A stretch of 64,000 nucleotides of DNA from Candidatus Omnitrophota bacterium. Its GTDB lineage: Bacteria > Omnitrophota > Gorgyraeia > Duberdicusellales > 4484-171. Both the position numbers and the translations under genes were made by a program. Shown here piece by piece: positions 17,039 to 26,261 of this stretch. The stretch lies in NCBI GenBank assembly GCA_018826075.1, contig JAHKAJ010000024.1, forward strand, positions 145,694-209,693, written 5' to 3'. Numbering within the stretch: position 1 is the stretch's first letter; every line of letters starts with the position of its first letter. The notes beneath the pieces were generated by a model that saw only the letters and a program-made list of their open reading frames with translations, had not been told where the DNA came from and did not search any database.

Positions 17039-18332
17039 GAGTGCTTTTTTTTAACGACTGTAAAACTATTCCTAAGTTCTTCTCCAGGCTTTTCCTTTCC
17101 TGCTGAAAAACTTCCTGGCATTTATGGTTTAGATTCTTACGTAATGCCTCATCCTTGACCAGGCGCATCAACGCCTGGCGTAATTCCTGGCGGTCAGCTA
17201 CTTTAAGCCCGGCGCCTTTTTCCAGGACTACTTCTTCGACATCCAAAAAATTATCCATATGCGGCCCGAAAATCGTGGGTTTACCAAAATAAATCGGCTC
17301 CAGAATATTATGCCCACCGTTGGCTGAAAGGCTTCCACCGACAAAACAAATATCAGCCAGGCCGTAAAAATAGATCAACTCTCCGATCGTATCCAGGATA
17401 AAAACGATCTTTCGCTTTTTAGTGATGTCTTCAGAAAAATATTCCGGCACCTGGCTGATCTTAAACGGTAGAAAACCTTTGGAGCGGATGAGCCGGGCAA
17501 CCTGGTTTACTCTTTCCGGATGCCGGGGAGCGATCAGGAATTTAAAATCACCCGAAGATTCTGTAATATCCTGATAAACTTGAAGCAGGATTTCCTCCTC
17601 GGCCGGATGGGTGCAACCGGCAACAAAAAGAAGGCTCCCCCCAGGCTTAAGCACCGGTTCATAACTATTCTTGATCGTTAAAGCTATCTGCTGGTCGATT
17701 ATAATACTTTCAAATTTCATGTTGCCGCTGACGATGATCTTTTCTTTATCAGCCCCCAGGTAAGTAAAACGCTTTTTATACATCTGGTTTTGAACCGCAA
17801 TATAATCGCATTTATTGATTATTTTGGCCAGAAACGGTTTGATCAACTTGTAACGCTTAAAAGCCCGGTCAGAGATCCTGCCGTTAATGATCAGGATCGG
17901 TATCTTCTTTTTTTGCAGCTGGGAAAAAAGATTCGGCCAAATCTCAGTTTCCACGGCAATAAAGATTATCGGTCGGAAAACTTTTATAAAATGCCTCACG
18001 ATCCAGGATGTATCCAGGGGGAAAAATACGATTTGCGCGCAATGAGAATATTTTTGCCGGGCGACTTTGTTGCCGGTCAAAGTAGTAGTTGAGATCACAA
18101 TCGGTGCAAGGTAGTTTTCTTTGATCTTACGGATCAAATTTCCAATCGCATTAGCCTCGCCTACGCTGACTACCTGGATCCAGATAACTTCTTTACCGAC
18201 GGTATTTTTTATCCAACCCAATTTCTGGCCTAAAGCTTTCAAAGTTGTTTTCCGGCGCCAGATATAAACCGGTAAATAGGCCAGAAACCCTAAAAAAAAC
18301 AAACAATCATATAAAAAAAGTAAGATCTTCAT
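17028..18332 (-). CDS. waaA: 3-deoxy-D-manno-octulosonic acid (Kdo) transferase.
   Basis: 434 aa with an N-terminal membrane anchor. The KdtA N-domain is ...VWIQVVSVGEANAIGNLI and the C-terminal GT-B domain includes GGSLSANGGHNILEP. Confidence 0.8.
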   Translation of the reverse strand: MKILLFLYDCLFFLGFLAYLPVYIWRRKTTLKALGQKLGWIKNTVGKEVIWIQVVSVGEANAIGNLIRKIKENYLAPIVISTTTLTGNKVARQKYSHCAQIVFFPLDTSWIVRHFIKVFRPIIFIAVETEIWPNLFSQLQKKKIPILIINGRISDRAFKRYKLIKPFLAKIINKCDYIAVQNQMYKKRFTYLGADKEKIIVSGNMKFESIIIDQQIALTIKNSYEPVLKPGGSLLFVAGCTHPAEEEILLQVYQDITESSGDFKFLIAPRHPERVNQVARLIRSKGFLPFKISQVPEYFSEDITKKRKIVFILDTIGELIYFYGLADICFVGGSLSANGGHNILEPIYFGKPTIFGPHMDNFLDVEEVVLEKGAGLKVADRQELRQALMRLVKDEALRKNLNHKCQEVFQQERKSLEKNLGIVLQSLKKSTHDA

Positions 18333-19210
18333 TTTGCCCGCGGATGTGCTTTTAAATATACGTTTTTTAATGAATCAATGGTCAAATGGGTATAGATTTG
18401 AGTCGAGGATATCGTCGAATGCCCCAAGAGTTCCTGCACACTTCGCAGATCTGCCCCCCGGTTTAAAAGATGAGTAGCAAAGGAATGCCGAAAGGTGTGC
18501 GGTGAAACATGAAGGGTTAAAGCTGCTTTTTTCATATATTTAGTAATAATCCCTCTGACCCCCCGGTCAGTTAAAGCCTGAGAGCGCTTATTGATAAATA
18601 AAGCCTGGGAATTATCCAAACGGGCATCCAAGTATTGCTTAAGACAGTTTATTGCCGGTTCACCCAGAGGCAGAAGGCGTTCTTTACGGCCCTTACCCTT
18701 GACTTTTACCATGCCGCCGATCAGATCGACCCCGTCTCTTTTTAAAGCCATCATCTCCGAGATCCGGGCGCCGGTGGAATAAAGGAATTCCAACATTGCC
18801 TTATCCCTTAAAACCAATACTCCGTCACCTTTGGGCAGATCTAAAACTTGTCCGACCTCTTTTTCGGTTAAAAACTTAGGCAGGGGCTTATCCAGGCGCG
18901 GATAAATCAAAGAAGCCGCCGGATTATTTTTAGCGATACCCTCCCGAACAATGAATTTAAAAAAACTTTTTAAAGTCGAGATCTTTCGGGAAAGAGTCCG
19001 TTTATTCAGTTTTTTTTCGCTTAAAACCCCTAGGAATTTACGCAGAATAAAATAGTCGATATTCTTAATATCCTGGCAGGTGCGTGAATCAAGAAACCCT
19101 GAAAATTCCCGTAGATCCCGCTGATAGTTAGAAATAGTATGCGGAGAATAATTTTTCTCGATTTCCAGATAATTTAAAAACTTATCGATATAGTATGAAA
19201 ATGAATCCAT
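18329..19210 (-). CDS. xerC: Tyrosine site-specific recombinase XerC/XerD (CodV-like). The start is trimmed to the internal Met MDSFSYY.
   Basis: The N-terminal core-binding domain is LEIEKNYSPHTISNYQRDLREF. The catalytic residues are R..(ARISE), H-x-x-R (HTFRHSFATHLL), and HSTISSTQIYTH carrying the Tyr. It follows the dprA-topA-xer order seen with B. subtilis smf-topA-(trmFO)-codV. Confidence 0.8.
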   Translation of the reverse strand: MDSFSYYIDKFLNYLEIEKNYSPHTISNYQRDLREFSGFLDSRTCQDIKNIDYFILRKFLGVLSEKKLNKRTLSRKISTLKSFFKFIVREGIAKNNPAASLIYPRLDKPLPKFLTEKEVGQVLDLPKGDGVLVLRDKAMLEFLYSTGARISEMMALKRDGVDLIGGMVKVKGKGRKERLLPLGEPAINCLKQYLDARLDNSQALFINKRSQALTDRGVRGIITKYMKKAALTLHVSPHTFRHSFATHLLNRGADLRSVQELLGHSTISSTQIYTHLTIDSLKNVYLKAHPRAK

Positions 19211-19229
19211 GTTCTTAACTTCTCTTGAC

Positions 19230-21191
19230 CTATTCCTGATCCTCTTCTGAAGTATTCTCAACCCCGGGAAGATTACGGCTGGTATAGGTGCATTTGGGAA
19301 AACTACTGCAGCCAAAGAAAACCTGGCCGCGTTTATTGCGCCGCTCGACCAATTTACCCTCTTTACATTGCGGACAAACTACATCGGTAGTTATACTTTC
19401 AGCGTATTTACATTTTGGAAAATGCTCGCAACTTAAAAAGCGGCCCTTTCGCGACCATTTAATGATCATCCGGCCGCTGCATTTGGTACAATGTTTGTCC
19501 GAGTACTCGATTTCCTTTTGGGCCTGGCTTAAAGAATCCTCAACCCGCTGTTTAAACTGGGGGTAAAAATCTGTTAAGATCTTGTGCCACTCAATACTGC
19601 CGCGCTCGACTTCATCCAGTTTCTCTTCCATTAAAGCGGTAAAACCGTCATTCATCACCTGGGGAAAAAACTCCTCCAGCAGTTTGATCACCTTTATCCC
19701 CAGGTCAGTGGGGATAAAACTGCGCCTTTCCCGGCGGGCATAATTTCGCTTGATCAAAGTGAAGATTATCGGAGCATAAGTCGACGGCCGGCCAATACCT
19801 TTTTCTTCAAGCAAGCGCACCAGTGATGCGTCATTGTAGCGGGCCGGAGGCTTAGTGGTATGTTCGGTCAGTTGAAAATCTTCATTAACCAGCTTCTGGC
19901 CTTCTTGAAGTTTAGGCAAGGGGTTGTCGGACTCAGAATCAAAAACTTTAAGATAGCCAGGAAAAACCACCCTTCGGCCGTCAGCCGAGAATTCGGAATT
20001 ATCAGAAACAATGACCGCTTTCTGCTGTTCCAAAAGCGCTTCTTTCATTGTAGTCGCCAGGAAACGGCGCCAGATCAACTCATAGAGTTTTAACTCATCT
20101 TCGGAAAGATGTGCTGCCAAGTCCTGAGGTTTTCGGTAAATGCTGGTGGGCCGGATCGCTTCATGAGCCAGCTGGGCGCCTTTTTTCTTTTTATAATGGT
20201 ATTCTTTTTCAGCCAGATATTCTTTTCCGAAATTTTCAGTAATAAACTCTTTGGCTTCGCTGCGGGCCTTAGGGCTGACATGAAAAGAATCAGTACGCAT
20301 ATAAGTGATCAAACCAGTGCTTTCCTCGTTGACCTGGATACCTTCATAAAGCTTTTGAGCCAGCATCATGGTCTTTTGGGCTGAAAACCTAAGTTTATTA
20401 AAGGCGTCTTGCTGTAAAAGCGAAGTTATATAAGGTGACGGCGGTTTGCGGGAGATATTACGCCGGGTCAAGGCCTTGACTGTAAATTCCTGGCCACGAA
20501 TATCGGAAATACATTTTTCAGCTTCCTGACGGTGGTCAAAAATTCCCTTTTTGCCTTTATATTTAGTAAGTTTAGCTTTAAGGCTTTCCTGGGCAGCTTT
20601 AAACTGAGCCAGGACCGAATAAGTAGTCTGGGGCAAAAACAGCCCGATCTCTTTTTCCCGTTCAACAACAAATTTTAAAGCGATCGACTGGACTCTTCCG
20701 GCCGAAAGCCCCCGGACGATCTTCTTCCATAACAACGGTGAAAGATTGTAGCCGACAATCCTATCCAGGACCCGTCGGGCGATCTGGGAGTTAACTTTAT
20801 CCAAATCCAGGCTTCCCGGATGTTTGAAAGCAACCTTTAAAGCCTCGGAAGTTATTTCATGAAAAACTACCCGGCTGAATTTTGAATTTTTGTCGGCGAT
20901 CTGTTCCTTGATGTGCCAGCTTATGGCCTCGCCTTCCCGGTCAGGGTCGGTAGCCAGATAGATGATTTTTTTATTCTTGGCTTTTTTCTTTAATTGGCTG
21001 ACTACTTTTTCTTTTCCCGAGATCACCCGGTACTTTGGCTCAAAGTTATTTTCCACATCTACCGAGATCTTATTGGCCGGTAAATCCACCAGATGGCCCA
21101 TCGAAGATACCACTTCATAATCCGGGCCGAGAATCGAAGAAATAGTCTTTGCTTTTGTCGGTGACTCAACAATAACCAAGTATTTGCTCAT
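19230..21191 (-). CDS. topA: DNA topoisomerase I (type IA) with C-terminal zinc ribbons. The start is trimmed to MSKYLVIVESPTKAKTI.
   Basis: The Toprim N-terminus is VIVESPTKAKTI. The active-site region is LITYMRTDS. There are two C-terminal C4 zinc-ribbon motifs (CTKCSGRM...CEHFPKC; CPQCKEG...CSSFPKC). Confidence 0.9.
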   Translation of the reverse strand: MSKYLVIVESPTKAKTISSILGPDYEVVSSMGHLVDLPANKISVDVENNFEPKYRVISGKEKVVSQLKKKAKNKKIIYLATDPDREGEAISWHIKEQIADKNSKFSRVVFHEITSEALKVAFKHPGSLDLDKVNSQIARRVLDRIVGYNLSPLLWKKIVRGLSAGRVQSIALKFVVEREKEIGLFLPQTTYSVLAQFKAAQESLKAKLTKYKGKKGIFDHRQEAEKCISDIRGQEFTVKALTRRNISRKPPSPYITSLLQQDAFNKLRFSAQKTMMLAQKLYEGIQVNEESTGLITYMRTDSFHVSPKARSEAKEFITENFGKEYLAEKEYHYKKKKGAQLAHEAIRPTSIYRKPQDLAAHLSEDELKLYELIWRRFLATTMKEALLEQQKAVIVSDNSEFSADGRRVVFPGYLKVFDSESDNPLPKLQEGQKLVNEDFQLTEHTTKPPARYNDASLVRLLEEKGIGRPSTYAPIIFTLIKRNYARRERRSFIPTDLGIKVIKLLEEFFPQVMNDGFTALMEEKLDEVERGSIEWHKILTDFYPQFKQRVEDSLSQAQKEIEYSDKHCTKCSGRMIIKWSRKGRFLSCEHFPKCKYAESITTDVVCPQCKEGKLVERRNKRGQVFFGCSSFPKCTYTSRNLPGVENTSEEDQE

Positions 21192-21196
21192 TATAT

Positions 21197-22081
21197 TTAG
21201 TTTACCTCCAATTGGGCAAAATTCAGGTTTAGCTCTTCGATAATGTCCTCCAAACAATCCACTAATTTAGCGCCTTGTTTGATCAACTGATGAGTTCCCT
21301 TGCTCATCAAAGAATCAGCTCCTCCAGGCAAAGCAAACACTTCCCGGTTCTGTTCGCAGGCTAAACGGGCGGTGATTAAAGCCCCGCTTCTCTGGGCAGC
21401 TTCCACCACTAAAACTCCCCTGGTCAGCCCGCTGACAATCCGGTTTCTCCGGGGAAAATTATCCGGATGAGGCAAAACCCCCAAGGGAAATTCTGAAACT
21501 ACTGCTCCGGACTCGACGATCTGGTTAAACAACCGGGTATTTTCTTTAGGATAAACATTCAGCAATCCGCTGCCTAAAACCGCAACTGTCCGGCCGTTTT
21601 TTAAGGCCGCCTGGTGAGTAGCAGTATCAATACCCCGGGCTAAACCGGAAACAATGCCGATCCCCAACTTGGAAAGTTCAGTTGAATATTTTCCGGCTAA
21701 ACTCAACCCATAGGCACTGGCTTTACGGCTGCCGACAATCGCCAGAAGATATTTATTTAAAACTGAGAGATCTCCTTTAACATATAAGACTAACGGCGGA
21801 TGGCTGATCTCTTTGAGCAAATCCGGATATTGCGCATCAAAAATATCTAAACAGTTGACTTTGTGTTTTTCAATTAAGCCCATTTCTTGATCTAGGCGAC
21901 GCAGGATTTTAGGGCTTAGGACGGCTTCGATGTCAGCGGCAGTCAAAGAACCCACCCGGCTTAAATCAGAATAACCAGCTTCTAAGATCAGGTCAGGGTC
22001 AGGAAAAACCTTGATTACATCAATAATCTTTTTTCCTGAAAAGTTTAAAAGATTTAATAACAGCGATCCTTTCTTAGGCAT
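21197..22081 (-). CDS. dprA: DNA processing protein A (Smf/DprA).
   Basis: The Rossmann-like DprA core is IVGSRKASAYGLSLA...IVSGLARGIDTATHQAAL...TVAVLGSGL. It lies immediately upstream of topA. Confidence 0.85.
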   Translation of the reverse strand: MPKKGSLLLNLLNFSGKKIIDVIKVFPDPDLILEAGYSDLSRVGSLTAADIEAVLSPKILRRLDQEMGLIEKHKVNCLDIFDAQYPDLLKEISHPPLVLYVKGDLSVLNKYLLAIVGSRKASAYGLSLAGKYSTELSKLGIGIVSGLARGIDTATHQAALKNGRTVAVLGSGLLNVYPKENTRLFNQIVESGAVVSEFPLGVLPHPDNFPRRNRIVSGLTRGVLVVEAAQRSGALITARLACEQNREVFALPGGADSLMSKGTHQLIKQGAKLVDCLEDIIEELNLNFAQLEVN

Positions 22082-22584
22082 TATTCATCCAGGATCTTTT
22101 TGATCTTAACCGCCACTTCCTCAGGCTTAAGGCCATCAGTATTGACCTGATGCTCTGCCTGTTCATAACAGAACTTTCTTTTTTCTAATAACTCTTTGAT
22201 TGTTTTTAACCGATTGTTAACCTTAAGCAGCGGACGACAAATATGTTTTTCAGTCCGTTGTTCGATGACCTCCGGCGATGCCGTAAGACAGATCAACAAC
22301 CCGCTGTTTTTAAGCAAAGTCAGATTAGCCGGATCGCAAACCAGGCCGCCGCCGCAGCTAACTACTAAATCAGCCTTTAAGGCTAGCTTTCTAAGCAGCT
22401 CCTGTTCAAGGCTCCGAAAATATACTTCGCCTTCTTCAGCGAAGATCTGGAGAATGGTTTTCCCCTGGCTTTTTTCGATCAAAGCATCCATCTCCACAAA
22501 CTCCCGGCCCAGTTGCTCAGCCAGAAGCCTGCCGACCAGGCTCTTGCCAGTCCCCATAAACCCCACTATATATATGTTTTTCAT
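22081..22584 (-). CDS. aroK: Shikimate kinase.
   Basis: 167 aa with Walker A GFMGTGKS, a LID region and typical shikimate kinase length. Confidence 0.8.
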   Translation of the reverse strand: MKNIYIVGFMGTGKSLVGRLLAEQLGREFVEMDALIEKSQGKTILQIFAEEGEVYFRSLEQELLRKLALKADLVVSCGGGLVCDPANLTLLKNSGLLICLTASPEVIEQRTEKHICRPLLKVNNRLKTIKELLEKRKFCYEQAEHQVNTDGLKPEEVAVKIKKILDE

Positions 22585-22628
22585 AGGCTTAGCGCTCCTA
22601 AATACGATGTGCTATATAGGTAAGTAGT

Positions 22629-22656
22629 ATTATCAGAGATTTAAGAAAATTGTCAA
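22629..22656 (-). promoter_or_regulatory. Sigma70-like promoter upstream of aroK: -35 TTGACA (22651..22656), a 16-bp spacer, and -10 GATAAT (22629..22634).
   Basis: Read on the minus strand, in the 131-bp gap between the acyl-CoA dehydrogenase stop and the aroK start. Confidence 0.35.
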
Positions 22657-22715
22657 GGCAGGATTATAAAAGACTTGAAAAGGCTGGGGTGATTTGAGTG
22701 GGACCTGTCCCCAAT

Positions 22716-23879
22716 TTATTTGCCGTACTTTTTGATCAGTTCTAAGCCGATGATGTTGCGCTGGATTTGGTTAGTGCCTTCATAGATCTGGGTGATTTTT
22801 GCATCACGCATGAATTTTTCAATCGGGTAATCGCGCATATAACCGTAACCGCCGTAGATCTGAACGGCATTAGTAGTCACTTCCATGGCCACATCCGAAG
22901 CAAACATCTTAGCCGCGGCTGAAGCAGTTCCAACATCTTTTAAGCCCCGGTCGACCATTCCAGCACAGGCATAGACTAAGCTGCGGGCAGCTTCAGTCTT
23001 GGTCGCCATATCCGCCAGCATCCACTGAATGCCCTGAAAAGAGCTTATCGGCTTACCGAACTGCACTCTTTGGTGAGCATACTGGGTAGCCAACTCCAAA
23101 GCTCCTTGAGCAATACCCACTGCCTGAGCTGCCACTCCCGGACGAGACTGGTCAAATGTCTTCATCGTAGCAATAAAACCGATACCTTCACGATTACCCA
23201 AAAGATTCTCCTTGGGCACTTTAGCATCATTAAAAATCAGTTCTCCGGTCGATGAAGCCCGGATACCTAATTTTTCTTCCTTTTTCCCGAAAGTAAATCC
23301 CGGGGTCCCTTTCTCTACGATAAAGGCCGAAACTCCCCGGGGGCCTCTGGCTTTATTAGTAACGGCGATTATAGTATAGATCTGAGCATCTCCGCCATTG
23401 GTAATAAAATGTTTAGTCCCGTTTAAAATGTAGTGATCACCGTCTTTTTTAGCCGTAGTCTTGACTGCTGCCGCATCAGAACCAGCTTCCGGTTCAGTCA
23501 GGCCAAAGGCAGCCAGATGTTTTCCTGAAGCAATATCCGGCAAATACTTTTTCTTCTGCTCTTCGGTCCCGAACAAAAGGATCGGAAACATACCTAAAAA
23601 CGATGCAGCATAAGCAGTAGCCACGCCTCCATCGACCCGGGATATCTCCTCGGTAGCAATGCACAATTCGAGCAACCCTGTGCCCATGCCTCCGTAGGCC
23701 TCAGGAATACAGAGTGAAAAAAGGTCTGACTTGCCAAGAGTCTTGATAATCTCAGCCGGAAATTCTTCCTTTTCATCCAACTCCCGCGAAAACGGACGGA
23801 TCTTTTCTTCAGCTATCTGACGGCACAACTGGCGTAACATTTTCTGATCTTCAGTATGATTGTAATCAACAAGAAACAT
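22716..23879 (-). CDS. Acyl-CoA dehydrogenase (short/medium-chain, butyryl-CoA dehydrogenase-like), 387 aa.
   Basis: The ACAD signatures include the YGGYGYMRDYPIEKFMRDAKITQIYEGTNQIQR C-terminus (catalytic Glu region) and the FAD-binding middle domain. Confidence 0.85.
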   Translation of the reverse strand: MFLVDYNHTEDQKMLRQLCRQIAEEKIRPFSRELDEKEEFPAEIIKTLGKSDLFSLCIPEAYGGMGTGLLELCIATEEISRVDGGVATAYAASFLGMFPILLFGTEEQKKKYLPDIASGKHLAAFGLTEPEAGSDAAAVKTTAKKDGDHYILNGTKHFITNGGDAQIYTIIAVTNKARGPRGVSAFIVEKGTPGFTFGKKEEKLGIRASSTGELIFNDAKVPKENLLGNREGIGFIATMKTFDQSRPGVAAQAVGIAQGALELATQYAHQRVQFGKPISSFQGIQWMLADMATKTEAARSLVYACAGMVDRGLKDVGTASAAAKMFASDVAMEVTTNAVQIYGGYGYMRDYPIEKFMRDAKITQIYEGTNQIQRNIIGLELIKKYGK

Positions 23880-23902
23880 AGTTTTCCTCCTATCGGTAAA
23901 TT

Positions 23903-24358
23903 TTATTTAACCTTTAAAATGACCGCATGCTCGCAGCAGTTAGGGAAAGATAAACAATTAATACAGTCACTCCAGATCTTATGCGGTAACTCTTTACGGT
24001 CTATCTCTTTAAACCCGAGTTTCTTAAAAAACTCTGGAACAAAAGTCAAAGCAAAAATATTCTTTACCCCTAGTTTTGCGGCTTCCTGGATGCACTTTTT
24101 AACCAGTTGGCGGCCAACGCCCCTAGACTGCATTTTTTTAGTCACCACTAATGATTTAATCTCACCCAGATCTTCCCAACCGACCACTGAAAGCCCACAG
24201 CAACCGACGATCCGCTGGCCTTGAACATAAACCCAGAAATCGCGGATGTTCTCATAAACATAGTTCAAAGAACGTTCAAGAAGCCGGCCTTTTTTAGCCC
24301 AGGCATTGATCAGCTGCTGAATCTCTTTACTATCGGATAAAGTCGCTTTGCGTATCAT
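23903..24358 (-). CDS. GNAT family N-acetyltransferase, 151 aa.
   Basis: The acetyl-CoA binding motif A is VVTKKMQSRGVGRQLVKKCIQEA (Q/RxxGxG/A). Its size is typical. Confidence 0.7.
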   Translation of the reverse strand: MIRKATLSDSKEIQQLINAWAKKGRLLERSLNYVYENIRDFWVYVQGQRIVGCCGLSVVGWEDLGEIKSLVVTKKMQSRGVGRQLVKKCIQEAAKLGVKNIFALTFVPEFFKKLGFKEIDRKELPHKIWSDCINCLSFPNCCEHAVILKVK

Positions 24359-24987
24359 TGGAAAAAGAAGGTCAGACCGGCTAAATACATTTTAGCATCA
24401 ATCCCTCGGTTAGGCGCCTTGATGCTGGCATTGGAAAGATGACGATGGCGGTATTCACAACTTAAAGCCAGGTTTTCTTTTAAATAGAAATGCAAGCCTG
24501 CTGCCCCCTGCGGTAGAAAATTCCATTGGGTAGACTGCTCTTCGGTATCTTGAGTCATATAGATTAAGCCTACGCCTCCTTTAAGATAAGGTTGCAAGCG
24601 TGGGTGTAGCGGAAAGGCATATTCAAATAAAAAGTTTGAGCCTAGTTCAACATTCCCGGAAGGGCGAGTAGAAAGGTTAACGAATGGTTCGAGGATAAAG
24701 TCGAAACGACCTTTGGTGTGAAGGCCAAACTTAGACAGAATTGGCCTGCCATCATAACCCAAGGAAACCAGCATCGATATCCCCCGATTATCATGCTCGG
24801 ACTTCATATCTTCATCAAGAAACCCGGTAAAAAAACCGATAGCGTGCAACCCTTCTCCGCCGGAAGTTGATTCAACCTTTTCGGCCACCGGAGATTTTTC
24901 CAATAAGTCCAAAGTTTTACCGACATCGGCAAAAGCCAATCCGGAACTGATCAAAAACCCCAGTAATAATAAGGTAATTTTTTTCAT
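24355..24987 (-). CDS. Outer-membrane beta-barrel protein, lipid A deacylase PagL-like (acyloxyacyl hydrolase family), 210 aa.
   Basis: A signal peptide is present (MKKITLLLLGFLISSGLAFA). It ends in a C-terminal aromatic residue (…LAGLTFFFQ). An HxSN motif (HRHLSNAS) matches the PagL catalytic His/Ser dyad context. Confidence 0.45.
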   Translation of the reverse strand: MKKITLLLLGFLISSGLAFADVGKTLDLLEKSPVAEKVESTSGGEGLHAIGFFTGFLDEDMKSEHDNRGISMLVSLGYDGRPILSKFGLHTKGRFDFILEPFVNLSTRPSGNVELGSNFLFEYAFPLHPRLQPYLKGGVGLIYMTQDTEEQSTQWNFLPQGAAGLHFYLKENLALSCEYRHRHLSNASIKAPNRGIDAKMYLAGLTFFFQ

Positions 24988-25028
24988 GCGGTATTATTAT
25001 AACTAAAAACTTTTTAAAATGCAACTTT

Positions 25029-26261
25029 TTATTGAAACAATAAAGGAATGATCTCGGAGATGGTCGGGTGGATAAAAAGAGATTGCTTCAAATCATCCAG
25101 CTTTAAACCGTTTTTTATGGCCAGCGAAACGGTATTGATCAATTCAGCGGCAGTTTCGGAAATAATCCCGGCCCCGATTATTTTTCCCTGTTGATCGACC
25201 AAGACTTTTATATACCCGTCAGTGTCACCGTAAACATAGCTGGATGAGAATCTTAAAAAATTGGACTTGATGATAGTGATTTTGATCCCCCTGGCCTCAG
25301 CCTCTTTTTCCAACAGGCCGACCCGGGCAATTTGGGGTTTGGAAAAAACCGCTTCCGGAAGGCCGAAGTAATCTTCTCTGATATTTTTTCCAGTTATGTT
25401 TTTAACACAAAGATTACCCTGATATTCGGCAACATAAGCCAAAAGTTTTTTACCGGTGACATCTCCACAGGCATAAATATGTCCCTGGGAACTGCGTAAA
25501 TATTCATCAGTCCTGATCCAGCCCTGTTTATCGATTGAAACTTGCGAATTTTCTATATTTAAACTATCCAGGTTAGCGGTTCTTCCAGTAGCTGAAACTA
25601 CCAGGCCGAATCGGTCAAAATCAAATTTAGCTGAGTCAACTCCGGTTTCAATAACTATGCCCCGTTTTTCCAAAATAACCCGCAGGCGCCGGGTAAGCTG
25701 TGAATCAAAACCTAATAAGATATCGTCTTCTTTTTCGATCAGGCGGACGCGTTTACCCAAACTATTTAACAAAGATGCTAATTCTATACCGATATAACCT
25801 GCTCCGACGATCAAAACCTGATCAGCTAAATCCGGCCGGCTAAAAATCTCCTCAGCCAAAACAACACTACCTGACTTAAAAATATTTTTCGGGACTGAAC
25901 CAGAGGCAATAATGATATTTTTAGCCGAAAATTTACTGCCTTTACAATCCAAGGTATTTTTATCCTGGAAAACCACCTGGCCAAAAACAATGTCTAAACC
26001 GTTTTTTTTTAAAGAATCTATAAGCGGTGATTTGATTTTTCCGATGGTTTCTTTTAACTGGGCTTTGAGTTGGCTCCAGGATTGGCCGGATTTAGAATTA
26101 TGAAGAAGAAATTTAGTGGGAATGCATCCCCGGTTAAGGCAGGTTCCGCCAAAGCTGTCCTGGCTACGCTCAAACAATACAGTTTTCAAGCCAGCGCTTC
26201 TGGCAGCCCTGGCCGCAGCAATACCAGCTGGCCCGGCTCCAATAATCGCTAGATCGTACAT
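25029..26261 (-). CDS. Pyridine nucleotide-disulfide oxidoreductase of the dihydrolipoamide dehydrogenase / glutathione reductase class, compact at 410 aa.
   Basis: FAD motif IIGAGPAGIAAA; redox-active disulfide GGTCLNRGCIPTK; NAD motif LIVGAGYIGIELA; C-terminal dimerisation domain. Confidence 0.75.
   Translation of the reverse strand: MYDLAIIGAGPAGIAAARAARSAGLKTVLFERSQDSFGGTCLNRGCIPTKFLLHNSKSGQSWSQLKAQLKETIGKIKSPLIDSLKKNGLDIVFGQVVFQDKNTLDCKGSKFSAKNIIIASGSVPKNIFKSGSVVLAEEIFSRPDLADQVLIVGAGYIGIELASLLNSLGKRVRLIEKEDDILLGFDSQLTRRLRVILEKRGIVIETGVDSAKFDFDRFGLVVSATGRTANLDSLNIENSQVSIDKQGWIRTDEYLRSSQGHIYACGDVTGKKLLAYVAEYQGNLCVKNITGKNIREDYFGLPEAVFSKPQIARVGLLEKEAEARGIKITIIKSNFLRFSSSYVYGDTDGYIKVLVDQQGKIIGAGIISETAAELINTVSLAIKNGLKLDDLKQSLFIHPTISEIIPLLFQ

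Noticed and set aside
19211-19315. The N-terminal 35 aa of the xerC ORF as given in the track (MAAVVFPN...).
   Set aside because: This extension overlaps the 3' end of topA and has no recombinase homology. The conserved core-binding domain begins at the internal Met (MDSFSYY), so the start was trimmed to 19210. The long N-terminal extensions of topA, nusG, rplK, rplF and the NiFe large subunit were trimmed in the same way.
22680-22715. Short inverted repeat TGGGAcctgTCCC(C) after the acyl-CoA dehydrogenase stop, considered as an intrinsic terminator.
   Set aside because: The stem is only 4-5 bp, and no U-tract follows on the transcribed strand. It is not supportable as a terminator.
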